In this document: positions 36,553 to 49,572 of the stretch, in pieces
How the letters are laid out: each line of letters starts with the position of its first letter
How positions within the stretch are numbered: the stretch's first letter is position 1
Origin: Schmidtea polychroa
Taxonomy: Eukaryota
Length of the DNA: 64,000 nucleotides
Direction of reading: 5' to 3'
NCBI GenBank assembly: GCA_044892525.1
Contig: CM097887.1
Span: forward strand, 3,596,001 to 3,660,000
Notes under the pieces: generated by a model
Databases searched by the model: none
Seen by the model: only the letters and a program-made list of their open reading frames with translations
What the model was told of the DNA's origin: nothing
Translations under genes and position numbers: made by a program

Positions 36553-37508
36553 CGATTCGGGCTTGAAAGATTTATTTGTTTTAATTAATGACAACAGATG
36601 AATATTTTCTCGTTATCTATCACAATCACTATTGAACCATAAAAAGGGATCGAAGTGGTTAAATGATTTCTTTTTAGAAATTAATGGCCCTCCTGGAGGA
36701 ATTTGTTGAAATATTAAATTTTATTCAAATTCATTCAAGCGATGTTAATATGTTTAAATAGGAAATAGATAAAACTTACAAAACTGTGACTGGAAATGTG
36801 ATACGAATGGGCAAAGCCCAACTCAAAGATGAACAAGCTGACGATTTCTCCTCCTCCAAATCAAGTTTCTCATATAAATATTTTATTAATAAAAAATAAA
36901 TAATTTTTATTGGCATGAAATGATGTCAGATTTATTATTTAACCAAAAATTATAATTATTATGAAATCTGATTGGTCATTTGCGCGTCTGACCTTCAGAG
37001 CGCTGTCGAGATGCTTGAGTTTAGGGTTTCATCAGCCTTACACCTCTGGACCTAGTACTAAGGCTCAGATTATAAAGCGAGACGGGTTCCGTAATTATTT
37101 TTACGAGACCTTCCATAAAATGGATTTAGAGACTTCCCTGAATATTAATCATAACGATTTAGATAATTTTCTGTTTATATTTTCTGTGACTTACTCACTG
37201 GTAGCGTGGAAATGACCCAGTTTAGATAATATTTCAGACATAATTGCTAATGCGATAAAATATGAATTGTAAACATTGAATCAGTCCACGTGTTGCGTTT
37301 GGTTTATTCAAATGTCAACGCCCAAAGGTGACATGTTTGACTAAGGAGTCTATTTACCTTTTCGGCTGGAAGAGCTATGCTTGATATGGGGGACGTATAA
37401 ACACTAGTCGAATTGTAATTTTTATACGTCTGCAAGTGATTTACAAGAGAATCAAAGTCTAATAATATATAATCGTTGATTACAGAATGAAAATCACAAA
37501 TCTCATCA

Positions 37509-38700
37509 ATGGAAAAGGGATTCACGAAAAGAATTGTTCTAGTCGGCTCACGGACGAGTCTCCTGGCAATGACACAGACCCATATGATAATAGATTTACT
37601 GAAGAATAAGAATCCTGGCATTGAGTTTCGATTAATTACGAGGGATACAATGGGGGACATGCTATTGAATACGAAGCTATATAAAATTGGGGACACAGCA
37701 TTATTCACCAAGGAATTGGAGTTGGCGTTATTAGAGAAAGAAGTGGACTTCGTTGTCCACTCTCTTAAGGATATGCCAACAATCATCTCGAAACAGTTTA
37801 TTATTGGTTCAATCTCTCTGAGAGAAAGCTGTGATGATGCTGTGGTGTTAAGATTGAATTCAGGATACAAATGTCTCGAAGATTTACCGGAAGGATCTGT
37901 GATCGGAACGAGTTCAGTGAGAAGGATATCACAGTTGAAAAGAAAATATCCACATTTAAAGTTTTCATCAATTCGGGGTAATTTAAGCAGTCGATTATTG
38001 AAATTAGATGATCCGGAAAAAGCGTTTCAAATGAATAAGGGCGATAATCAGAAATATGAAGCAATCATCCTAGCGAAAGCCGGCCTGGAAAGGTTAACAT
38101 GGAATCATAGGATTTCCGAGGTTTTGTCATATGAAGATACCCTTTATGCCGTTGGTCAAGGAGCATTAGCGTGTGAATGCAGACGTGATGACATTGAAAT
38201 GAGGAAGATCCTATCAACCATTAATGACGAGAATTCAATGTTGACCTGCATAGCAGAGAGGGCATTTATTCATGAATTAGAAGGGGGCTGCAGTACACCA
38301 TTAGGTGTTCGATCGATCTTGAAAGGAAACAAGTTAATATTGAATGGATGTTTGTTGAATATGGACGGCAGTAATTCGGTTCTTGTAAAACACGAAATAG
38401 ATTTACCAGAATATGACGAAAAATCGGTTGAGCCTCTCACTAATGGTCATGATAAAGTATTGGTAATAGTGTTTAATAGATAACATTTATTCATTGTGAG
38501 CATTCTAGATGGTCAATGGGGATGATTCGGACACAATATCTACTGGGATCGAAATCTACGGACTCAACCCAGTTGAAAACAGTCGCATCAAAGCTTCCAT
38601 CAAACTTGGACTTCAGTTAGCAACGACTATCCTTCTCAATGGGGGCGATAAAATCCTCAATGAAATCAATCTTAATCGGCTGAAGTCCTCTTCAAATTGA
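37509..38700 (+). CDS. HMBS: Porphobilinogen deaminase (hydroxymethylbilane synthase), 2 exons, 46-nt intron 38463-38508
   Basis: GSRTSLLA, LFTKELE, VHSLKDMP, GTSSVRR, IRGNL, AVGQGAL and cofactor Cys in LEGGCSTP. Exon 2 supplies the animal-type C-terminal insert and the LG.QLA..LL..GG.KIL helix. Confidence 0.95.
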
Positions 38701-39787
38701 ACTTGACATATTTCTACAATGATCTTAGCAATAATTTTAGGATAATGAATACATTTCTGAAGTTCGCAGTCTTATTTTAAAATTTTATAGCATTCAAAAG
38801 GTCCTAGATAACCTAAATGTTGTCAAAGATTCAACTCGCGTGCCCAACCTATAACAATACTTTCTGTCAGTGGCGTATTGAGGGGAAATATGTTTTATTA
38901 AAAATATAAAAAGTACCAATAAATTTCGTTACGAACATACATTATTACACAAAGTGTCATGGAAAGGGGCAGGGAAGGATATGGAAAACGCAAATATATA
39001 CGTACAGAAAACCCATTAACCCTTTCACGACTGTTGTTGCACTATTATACTATGTACGTTCATGTTGTTTAGTTATGAGGGTGTTTGTTAGTATACCATT
39101 ATATATATAGGAAATTGATGAGCCCAATAGAGGATCCGGTATAAAACCATTCTATCTGGACAGTTGGGGTGTGTTAACAATGATTAATTATATAATAACG
39201 ATATTAATTGTAATCACAAAAAAAAATAAACAAAAAAAAAGTAAAAAAAAACTTTTAAATAATAAAAAGATTTTTTTCAAAAAGCAATATTATAAAAATG
39301 TCCTGCTGGACTCGATCTGATCTGCATAACTTTTTTCTTAAACTTATTTCGAGATTTATTATTGAATTTCTTAATTTATTATAGGCCGGCCTGTGCAACC
39401 CGCGGCCCTTTATAATTATATGTGTTCTTTTTGAATTTAATTTTTGGGGGTAAGATAACACGGAAGTACCGAGCAATCTTATAGTTGACAAGGGCTATTT
39501 TATAGTCCAAAATTTTTCATTTGTATTAAATATATCATTTGCAGTAAAAGGCTTAAATTATCATTTAATTGTTTTAAAATATAATTAATGCTGCTATCAA
39601 GGAATCATCACTAATACTATTATTGGCATTATTATAATCATCAATTGTAATATTCATATGAAAGGAAGTAGCAAATTAACACAAATATCAAATATATCAT
39701 TCCAGGTTTATTTCCCTTATCAAATATGATTATAAAAGTCCTATAGGAAGAATTAAGTCGGCATATTTATTGATAGCTCCTAGCTGA

Positions 39788-42700
39788 TCAAGGTTTCCAT
39801 TGCTCTGAGAAGGTCTTGTGATTATTTATCAGATCCTCTAATAACCTCCAACCAGTTTTCTGAGTATTCAATAAATATATATTTGTGGGATCTAGGTATT
39901 TATTTGTGTAGTATCCTATACAGAGGGACAAGGCAATTCGAGTTTGTACACATATTGGCAATATCTTGATATCAGTCTCGTTGAGGTATTCTGGATTCTC
40001 ATATAAATAACCTTGCAGGCAGTATTTACCGATTGAGTACGCGTCCAATGATTCTGGACTGTCAATACCGATACTCATCAATGAAAATATCAGGATACTG
40101 AGATCGTAGACCTTGACGGATATCGTACAATCTTGCCAGTCGATGAAGCCAACTCTTTGTCTATCAGTCAATAAGATATTCATATCATTTGGATCGCCAT
40201 GAATGAAGCCTTAATGTATGATTTGTCATAAATAAGGCAAAATAAATAACATAAGATTATCATAATTCTTTCTGACAAGCTTGGACAGCATAAATATTAT
40301 TCCGAGATCTATTTTATGATCCGCTAAGGAATTTGAGCATTAAATCTCAAGTGGAATACACTAGCCTTCTTGCTCAGCAACTGACCCTTGAACATAATTA
40401 ATTAGAATTATTAACTAATTTCCATGATTCTAATACGTCATGCTTGACGGGGATTATATAATCGCTGAATTCCTCACTTTAAAAAAACAAATTCAAGGTT
40501 CAATGACAACTGAAGAAACAACTCCGAGAAGAATAACTAACAATGAAAGAACATTAATAATAAGGAAGTATGAAAATAACACAGGTATAAAACAAATTGC
40601 CTAAGATCTCGAAATAAATAAGAAAACCGTTGCTTCTATTATAAACGTGCACAAAACAACTGGAAGAATAGAACGAAAAGTCTCTATAGAATCCAGAGAA
40701 AAAATAATAATAATAATAATGATTGTTAGACGCAATTAAATTCAAATCTTCTTCAAGCATTTATTTTTATAACAACTTCAAATTTGTGTCGTTTACTAGC
40801 GTATTTAAACACCGAGGCGTGATAATTATTAATATTAATGTAATTACTGGTCATACATTTAATTGATTTAATTTAATATAATTTAATATAATATGATATA
40901 ATTTAATATATAATTTAAATATAAAAATTTAACAGAAATAATTATTTCTACTAACTGATCTCATTTCTACCTTTTAACCATAATAATTTTATATAGGGGT
41001 TTACTAACTCCTTACAATGATAATAATAATTGATAATTAATCATATAATAGCCGCCATTAATTTGTTTGTTTTTATACGTGTGTCAGATCATATCGATTA
41101 ATAATATAATATTTTAAACGATCCGGTTTTCTCACACGGACAACTCTACGTAGCTTTATCGAGATCAAGGAATCTTGACAACATCAAAATTTTCATCACT
41201 CCAGGGTCTCAAAATAGAAGGAATTTCACCCACAATGTAGTTTATAAGGAAATTTTTGACATGTAAAATTTAAAAAAATAAGAAAATAAAAAAAATTTTA
41301 AAAAAAAAATTTACAAATATTTACTCTATTTTTATTATCATTTTAACTTTTCTCGTCATGTTTGACGGGGGATTAAGCCACTCGGTTTTTCCATGGAACT
41401 ATGAGAAAACAAAATGTGATGACATCGCAACTCCAAAACCAGGCTACTCGAGACCAGTTTGAAATATTGGTGCTCAAGTGTAGGATTCATCAACTAGGGA
41501 CAGTGGGTTACCAGGAGTTCGTGACCAAATACATTTAGGAACAAAGTGCTGACCGGGTCTAACTTGGAGTTGTTTCTGGTAAACCAAGCAAACTAAAGAG
41601 CGCCTGAATTGATTAACAATCCACCAGTAATGACAAATCGATGTAAGTCGGGTAAGAAAAGACAGCTCAAAGAAAAACCAGGAAAAAGGACCGTATCCGC
41701 GGGACTCGAATGCCGGAAACCATGTCATCTGCGCGGACGTCAATTGCGCGGGTCNNNNNNNNNNNNNNNNNNNNNNNNNNNNNNNNNNNNNNNNNNNNNN
41801 NNNNNNNNNNNNNNNNNNNNNNNNNNNNNNNNNNNNNNNNNNNNNNNNNNNNNNNNNNNNNNNNNNNNNNNNNNNNNNNNNNNNNNNNNNNNNNNNNNNN
41901 NNNNNNNNNNNNNNNNNNNNNNNNNNNNNNNNNNNNNNNNNNNNNNNNNNNNNNACTCCGAGTCTATCCGACAAAATATTTTGTCCCCCTATGGGTAATG
42001 CTCACAAGGGTACTGCTCACGCTCAACAACTCACAAGGGTATTATTAAACAATTGACGTGCTACGGAATGCCGAGGCTTGAATCAGATCAACAAGTGTTA
42101 GGTGATATAGTTGATTCATGGACTTTCATGTGGATGGGGATATATAATGAATTTGGCACTGAATTTTGCGTTGAATTTTTAAATAACAAAACTTTTAGAT
42201 GACCCAAATACTCGTTATTTTGACTAAATAATGTCATTTATTAATTTTAGCTGAACAAACAATTGGGCAACTGTGAGTTGAGCTACTGTCAACATCCACA
42301 CAAGTAGGGGAACTCCAGTTGAACATAGGAGTACTCACGTGTAGAATTCGATAGCTCGAGGCAGCAGAAATTGAATGTCATTTTATGTAAAATAGAATAT
42401 ATCGTTAATATAGTTGAATTCACGGATATTTAATTACAGATTGTGGGATATAATTAATTGTGACCTAAAGTAAAGACGGACATATGCTTTCTATTGGTGG
42501 TCCTTGAACCCGTTTGAACATTCATCTATTATAGTGCACTGAGATGCGCTCACCTTTTGCGAATATTTTCACATTTGACACAACACCAACTTTGTTCACT
42601 CAATGAGTATTGAGTGTTAATGAGTAATTGTATCCAGAGTTGTACTGGATGCAACACAAAGGATAAAATCTGTATTACCTGCAACCCATTACAAGTCTCT

Positions 42701-45700
42701 CTTTTTTATATATCATCGGATGCTGAGGACGAAATTTTCTGGAAATGATTTTCTAAACTAGTGGTTCCCAACCTTTTTTACATCGCGGTTCACTATTGAG
42801 GTCTTAAAATTTTCACGGCACACCTTTCACAAAAAATAAACATTTTCTACTCATAAAGACTCTGTAATGAAATAATATAAAACAAAGAAGGAGAATATAA
42901 GGAGAATTGTTATTCACATATATACAACATATCCTGTATTCAGTACCGGGTATGGAATAATGAGGGTGAATGTCAGTGGGACAGTTGTGCCTGGTGCTTC
43001 TATACTACTGCTGCCATTTGTGGGCATATGTGAAAAAGACAAACTCTTAACTCTTCTTCCATGTTTTAAGTCCTTCACGTTTTTTATTTTTAATGTTGTT
43101 TAGGTAGGAAAATCCTAGTTCACATAGGTGCGAAGTTAAGAATTGCCGTAAGACTTTGATGGCTTTTTTACTAAGAGTTGGATACTCTTCCATAACAGAA
43201 ATCCAAAAGGCATCTAATGGAAGTTGTCGCGCTTCAAATTGAGTCCTTGATCTCTAGTTCTTCCTCTTCACATAACTCAAAGTTGGAAAGATTAATGGCC
43301 GATAAACCTAGGAAAGGATTGCGAATCCAATTAAATTCTTCATTGCTGATTAATGGGAATTATTCCTCAATTTTATTTTAACATTCTCTGAATGGTGCCA
43401 TTAAAGCGGTCAATTTGGCCTTGGGTTGGGATGCAAACGGTTTATGGTATTATTGATATATTATTAAATGTTTTTATTATCTGACATTTTTATTATCTAC
43501 AACAGTGATTACCTTATTAATATATTTTTGTCCTGTTTAATTTACTTCATTTGTTACCATAGTTTTAAAAGACTAATGAATAAATCCCCGGCCGATTTTA
43601 CCTTCAGTGTCATAAGTCCCGCATCATCTCTAGGAATCGGTATTATCGGAATTCGAAAGACCGTGTTTTCAGAAGTAACAAACATCGATATAAGACCTCC
43701 TATCAGCAGCCACGAATGCGTCGAGAAGGTATGCAGAGGAGTAGTCTTAACACAAGGGCTCACCTGCCTGTAGTTTTAGCCGACTTAGCAAACGTCCAGC
43801 GCAGTTGCAACCATGGGTGATTTGTCGTTGTGAAATGGTCGTGCGGCGACTTTCTGGAACTTGTACTCGTCGCAACATATGATCATACCCTCACCGTCAT
43901 TTTTCTCCTACATTCTCTTTGAACTTTCATCCAGTAAGCGCCAACAATATTATATATTGCTAAGTCTCATTTACCCCTTGGTCTTAGATATATTCTTTGA
44001 ATTCGAGTTATTATGTTATCCATCAAGAGAAAGAATTCAAGTTTTATATAAGCTTACCTCTTGTCAATTTGCCCATATTCGGTAGAATCTGCTCTTCATA
44101 ATTTGACAATGTTAGCTTCAGAATTGTCTGTTTGTGCTCACATTCAAAATGAGGAATAATGTGCCGGATAAGTGATGCGTTCTTTACATTCCAAATGCTG
44201 TTACTGGAGAACTCTTCAAGGTATCCCAAATCAGAACATATCTGTAATTTAGATCCAATACATAGATTTGTGATCCCAAAATGTAAAGCATACTTGATCC
44301 ACGCAGTTGGTTAGTTTGTATAGCTCTTTCGAAATTCGCCAACATAAATCTTTATCGATAATTCTATTAAGAATCAAGTCTCCATCAATGTATGTCAAAA
44401 GAAGCGATTTCAATATGTTGGTTTTCCCTTGACCTGTAAGTTATTAATAGGTAAGACGGTAGGTTTATATAATTTGGTATAGTTAACAATAGGAAAAAGG
44501 AAGTTGTTCCCAAAGTAAAATTTAGGAATTCAAAATGGTGGTCATGCTGCTANNNNNNNNNNNNNNNNNNNNNNNNNNNNNNNNNNNNNNNNNNNNNNNN
44601 NNNNNNNNNNNNNNNNNNNNNNNNNNNNNNNNNNNNNNNNNNNNNNNNNNNNNNNNNNNNNNNNNNNNNNNNNNNNNNNNNNNNNNNNNNNNNNNNNNNN
44701 NNNNNNNNNNNNNNNNNNNNNNNNNNNNNNNNNNNNNNNNNNNNNNNNNNNNNNNNNNNNNNNNNNNNNNNNATGGTGTTTTTGGCCAACTAATATCAAA
44801 TTTATTTGGTGGATTGCTGCCGCAGAATTTTAGATCCGACTCGTCAGATTACATGTTTTCAGATCAAAGTTTTGACAAGTGTGTAACGAGTATTAAGAAT
44901 CAATTTGAACAAAGTGGTCCTCCACTAGCAAATGAGGCAGGTATTGAGAAATTACCAGTCAAGAAAATCACTGCAGCTAATGATACAGGTTTCAGTTGTC
45001 TGTCAGATTATGAGGTGGCCGATGAAGTGTACGAGTTGCTCCGTCGAGACACGCGGACGATTATACGAAGAACCAAGCNNNNNNNNNNNNNNNNNNNNNN
45101 NNNNNNNNNNNNNNNNNNNNNNNNNNNNNNNNNNNNNNNNNNNNNNNNNNNNNNNNNNNNNNNNNNNNNNNNNNNNNNNNNNNNNNNNNNNNNNNNNNNN
45201 NNNNNNNNNNNNNNNNNNNNNNNNNNNNNNNNNNNNNNNNNNNNNNNNNNNNNNNNNNNNNNNNNNNNNNNNNNNNNNNNNNNNNNNNNNNNNNNNNNNN
45301 NNNNNNNNNNNNNNNNNNNNNNNNNNNNNNNNNNNNNNNNNNNNNNNNNNNNNNNNNNNNNNNNNNNNNNNNNNNNNNNNNNNNNNNNNNNNNNNNNNNN
45401 NNNNNNNNNNNNNNNNNNNNNNNNNNNNNNNNAGTGTTGACAATGATAGTAGCTCTGTAGATATCTTTGTTCATTTTAAATCACATCCACCAATGCCGAT
45501 CGAGAAGTTCCTTTCAATATTCTCAACGCTGACAGAGGATCCATGACTCAAATTATGTTGGAGACATTTAATGCACCAATGAAAGTTTTGATGATAATGA
45601 TAATGGAAATGTTGATGAGTATGAATAAGCGGCAATTATAACCCCACTGAAACATAATCCCCATTAAATCTTGCTTTCCATAGAATTGAACCGCAAATAT

Positions 45701-47162
45701 TACCATCATTGTCCATGGGTTTCTCTTCGAAATCAAGAATCACTTTTCCATCCTTGCTTTTGATGAGGTTCTGGGCTAAAATTCCGTTGTTTTGTAAATG
45801 CTGCAGAATCAGTGATAGGCAATCTGAATGGAAATTACAGTTTTATTGAATCAAGTATGGCAATAAAATAAATTTAATTAATTAAATTATAAATAAATTG
45901 GATTATTAACCTCCTCTGTGTCACTATTGGCATTTAATTGAAATAAATAATCGCTTTTTAAACCAGTGTTTTTCTAATTGTGGACTGCAACCGAAAATTC
46001 AGACCAAAGACGATTTTTAAGGCCATGGAAAATGTAAGAGACTTAGTTATATTTGATATAAAATTATTTTAATTAATTCGCAATAATTTCTATAAAACCA
46101 TACTTGAAGTTATTAACCCTTTCAATACTGTAGGAACATATTGTACCAGAGAATTTCTAATAATTATTAAATAATTTAAATGCTTACAAATGCATTTGGA
46201 TCCGGGATTTTAGTACTGTCGGGTCATAGGCTCGCACAAGTCCAAACCTGTCTGCTTTGTTGCGGTTTGCTGTCGTTTTTTGTTTTCTATAAAATTTTGT
46301 CCTTATTATTTTATTATTTGAATTATTGAAATAAAAAAATCGTACTGAAAAGGTTAATGGAGAATCTTTCTCAGTATCATGAAAATTATTAATTAAAATT
46401 TATTGATTTTTACTTGATTATTGTATTGAAAGAATTTTTCTTTCTTTTTTTCATATCATTTTATTAAAAAGCTCAAATGAAAAATATTTTAAATTTTTAT
46501 ATCTCAGAAAAAAAGTTTGTGAACTGTTTATCTATTCTACTACTTATTTTTCAAGTGATTTTGAAAAAGGCAGTTGCGAAAATTCGGAAGTATCAAAAAA
46601 ACATCGATTTATTTACTGATTNNNNNNNNNNNNNNNNNNNNNNNNNNNNNNNNNNNNNNNNNNNNNNNNNNNNNNNNNNNNNNNNNNNNNNNNNNNNNNN
46701 NNNNNNNNNNNNNNNNNNNNNNNNNNNNNNNNNNNNNNNNNNNNNNNNNNNNNNNNNNNNNNNNNNNNNNNNNNNNNNNNNNNNNNNNNNNNNNNNNNNN
46801 NNNNNNNNNNNNNNNNNNNNNNNNNNNNNNNNNNNNNNNNNNNNNNNNNNNNNNNNNNNNNNNNNNNNNNNNNNNNNNNNNNNNNNCTCTTTGGAATTGT
46901 GGAAATGTTGATTAAAAATGTAAAGCTCACCGAAAAAGCGAACATCTCGAGATTCAATAGAGTTGGCAATTTTGAAAATGTATCTTTTCCGCTCGTGCTC
47001 AGAATCAGTCGAGGTCACAACATATGTCCTGGAATCATATGAAACGAGCTCTTGAACATTCATATTCCCAGTGAACTCCCAATTTTGATTGAGAAATTTT
47101 TCCACTTGCCGAACCGAAATGGCAGGCTTTTCATTGAGCTTGATTGGAATATTCTCAGTCAT
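39788..47162 (-). CDS. HYKK: Hydroxylysine kinase (AGPHD1/HYKK-like), 5 exons, 366 codons
   Basis: Exons 47162-46931, 45823-45704, 44433-44294, 44241-44058 and 40209-39788 join in phase. Motifs SYDSRTY, YIFKIANS, LLTYIDG, IWNVKN, IHGDPNDMNIL, IDWQD, YLLNTQKTGW. Confidence 0.9.
41400..42400 (+). mobile_element. Decayed GC-richer coding remnants, possibly retroelement gag/coiled coil
   Basis: Two related stop-riddled segments, FEILVLKCRIHQLGT and LNIGVLTCRIR*LEA, split by an N-gap. Family uncertain. Confidence 0.35.
42759..43470 (-). mobile_element. 3' part of a Buster/SCAND3-like hAT
   Basis: TIR TAGTGGTTCCCAACC at 42759. Minus-strand WIRNPF..FWISVMEEYPTLSKKAIKVL..TSHLCELGFS..IKNKKR. Confidence 0.8.
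44773..45078 (+). pseudogene. RNF126/RNF115-like E3 ligase fragment with degenerate RING, antisense within HYKK intron 2
   Basis: SSDYMFS..FDKCVTSIKNQFEQSGPPLANEAGIEKLP..CLSDYEVADEVYEL resembles NPMDYAWG..LDAIITQLLNQFENTGPPPA...LP..CKDDY..GE.V..L. The first RING Cys and the CxH..C ligands are missing. Flanked by N-gaps. Confidence 0.7.
45433..45640 (+). pseudogene. Second cold-shock-domain-like fragment, frameshifted
   Basis: SVDNDSSSVDIFVHFKS../DREVPFNILNADRGSMTQIMLETFNAPMK, nucleotide-collinear with 32969-33120. Confidence 0.7.
46117..46353. mobile_element. piggyBac-type MITE
   Basis: TTAA flanks, CCCTTTCAATACT / GTACTGAAAAGG termini. Confidence 0.6.
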
Positions 47163-47452
47163 TCAGATTATTAGAATTTAAACCCTGATTCCATACTTTT
47201 CGTTATTATTAATCTCCTTTACGGACGCACACAACCACGTGCATACGTTCTGCTGCTAGTATGCATTCACTCAAGTCCAAATTTCATTGTACTTTATTGG
47301 AATCGTTTCATTCATTCAGATTAATAGAATTTGAACTTTGATTCCATATTTTTCGTCATTTATTGTCTTTACGGACGCACGCAAGCACTTGCATGCGTTC
47401 TGCTGCTAGTATGCATTTACTCAAGTCCATATTTCATTATACCCGATTGGAT
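47160..47452. repeat. Tandem duplication (period 153 bp) of the HYKK start/upstream region
   Basis: CATTCAGATTA..TTTACGGACGCAC..GTTCTGCTGCTAGTATGCATT.ACTCAAGTCCA occurs at 47160 and 47313. Confidence 0.85.
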
Positions 47453-47498
47453 GGCTGACTGATTCGTTGAGTATATCATTAATTATTATTTGTTATGA

Positions 47499-47499
<1 letters not shown>

Positions 47500-47585
<86 letters not shown>
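47500..47585. repeat. (ATT)n microsatellite
   Basis: Direct reading. Other SSRs: (AAT)n about 19434-19465, (TA)n about 22318-22350 and about 62115-62200. Confidence 0.95.
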
Positions 47586-47756
47586 TAAAACAATAAAATG
47601 ATAATTTAAGCCTTTTGCTGCAAATAATGTATTTAATGGAAAAATTTCCGACTATGAGATAGTCCTTGTCAATATTATTATTATTATTATTCTTAGGGAT
47701 AGACCTAGAGCCTGAAACAATAAAACAAGGAAAATTACTAAAATTAGATTTAGTAT

Positions 47757-48857
47757 TGTGAGGTGTTTTCAGCTGAGAGTTAAATATTTCAATGGTTTAT
47801 CAAAATAGTTTTAAATTGTAAATAATTAAAATAACTTTAAATAATTTTTAAATTGGATTTTTTAAGTTGAAATTTTTTAATTAAAAATTAAAATAGCTTT
47901 TTAAAAAAAAGTTTTATTAATGAAAAATTTTAAATAAATATTTCGAATTATATCTTTAACTTTTGAACCGGATTTAAAAAACAATTTAGAAGATGTTTTA
48001 GCAGCTTCTAATAAGTATATTAAAATTAATAAACAATTACTTAAAATAAAATATAGATATAATTAAATATTATAAATAAAAATAATCTATAATTAGTAAC
48101 AATTAGTGTAATGATATAATTATATTAATATTATAAATAATTATACTTTGGACTAAATACAGACTCATATAGAGAACGAAGGACGAAAAAATTTAAGAGG
48201 CGAATTTTGGAGGTTAAATCGGAAAAGTACAAATTTTAAAAGGCGAAAATAAATTGTTGGAAAACGTGATAAATTAATCACTGGAATTTTGTGTTTGAAC
48301 TTTCACAAAGAAAAGACGAAAGCAACTGTTACATTTTGTTTGGAAATTTGGACAATCAGCTCTTCACGGAAAACGATATTGGTACAGAGAAATCAATATA
48401 AATAGCTTGAGGAAATTCATATCGAGGGAAGAAAATCTCTGGAAATTGTGTTTGTAGAGCGAAAATTGAGGACTACCATCGAGAAGATTATTATCGCTTC
48501 TGAAGGTAATTAAATTGAAAATAATTAAATTTGTATAAAAAGGGATAAATTGATATCCTCGTGTTAACTAAAAGTAAAAAGCGAACACAAAGCACCGATA
48601 GCGGCTTTAGTGTGACCTGGGAGCCCCTAAATCATCCCTATTACTTTAACTTATCTTCTTTCAAAATTAGTTGCGATCGTTGTGCTACACAGGAGCCATT
48701 GATTTCTTGCAGACTGAGATAAACAGCAGGGATTAGTAAATCCGTGTCTTGAATTTTCCTTCTGTACATTTATAAAGTTGCCATTTGTAAATTGTTCAAT
48801 AAAAGTTTTTATAAAAAGTTGTCTTTTGTTATTTTGATCTAAATACGCGCAACCACA
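47757..48857 (+). repeat. Possible solo LTR of about 1.1 kb
   Basis: TGTG...CACA ends, purine-rich middle, AATAAA near 48800, 5' part repeated at 22459. No TSD found. Confidence 0.4.
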
Positions 48858-49572
48858 TTAAATCTTTTATATTTATATCTATTTTTATTTATTGGAATCA
48901 TAGTGTTAAGATTATAACCCCCATCTTTTCGATCTTAACATTATTTTTTAAACTTTTGATTATTTGTCACGAACATTTTGGTTAATATATTATTAAATAT
49001 GCAGATAATTATATTCAAATCAATTATTTTATAAAAATGTTTTTATTAGTCATTTTAAACAATTGAAATTTGTTAATTAAATTAAATTAAAAAGTTTATT
49101 TCTTTTTATTTTAAATTTGAATAAAGTTATTTGAAATTTAAAAAATACAATAAAATTTTTAATTAAATAAATAGTAATAGATAAAAAAAGAAATTATTTA
49201 TTCTGTAATGATTATGAATTGTTATTATTTGAATTTTGTAGCATTTCTTTTTACACCAGAATCTTTGTTCCTTAATATGCATTCGAACTTTATCAAATAA
49301 AATAAAAAACTTTGCAATATCACAACACAAAATAATTCGTAATTAATTATTATAATTAATCCAATTTTCCAGAAAATTTGTAAAAATTCACTTTTACATC
49401 TACTGAACAACAAATATTTTAACTTTGTTTCATATTTCCTATATGAAATAAAACTCAGGAGATCTTGTAATCAATTAACATTGAAACATTTTATATTGTT
49501 TGGGGAAGTCATATTAACAAATGCCAACAGGCTATTCAAATATTGGACATTTCACCTCTTGATGGATGTGCT

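Noticed and set aside
45600-45703. KARFNGDYVS read as a frameshifted continuation of the HYKK exon
   Set aside because: The true LLTYIDG motif is in the next exon, and a phase-1 GT donor at 45703 gives a clean join, so HYKK is not a pseudogene.
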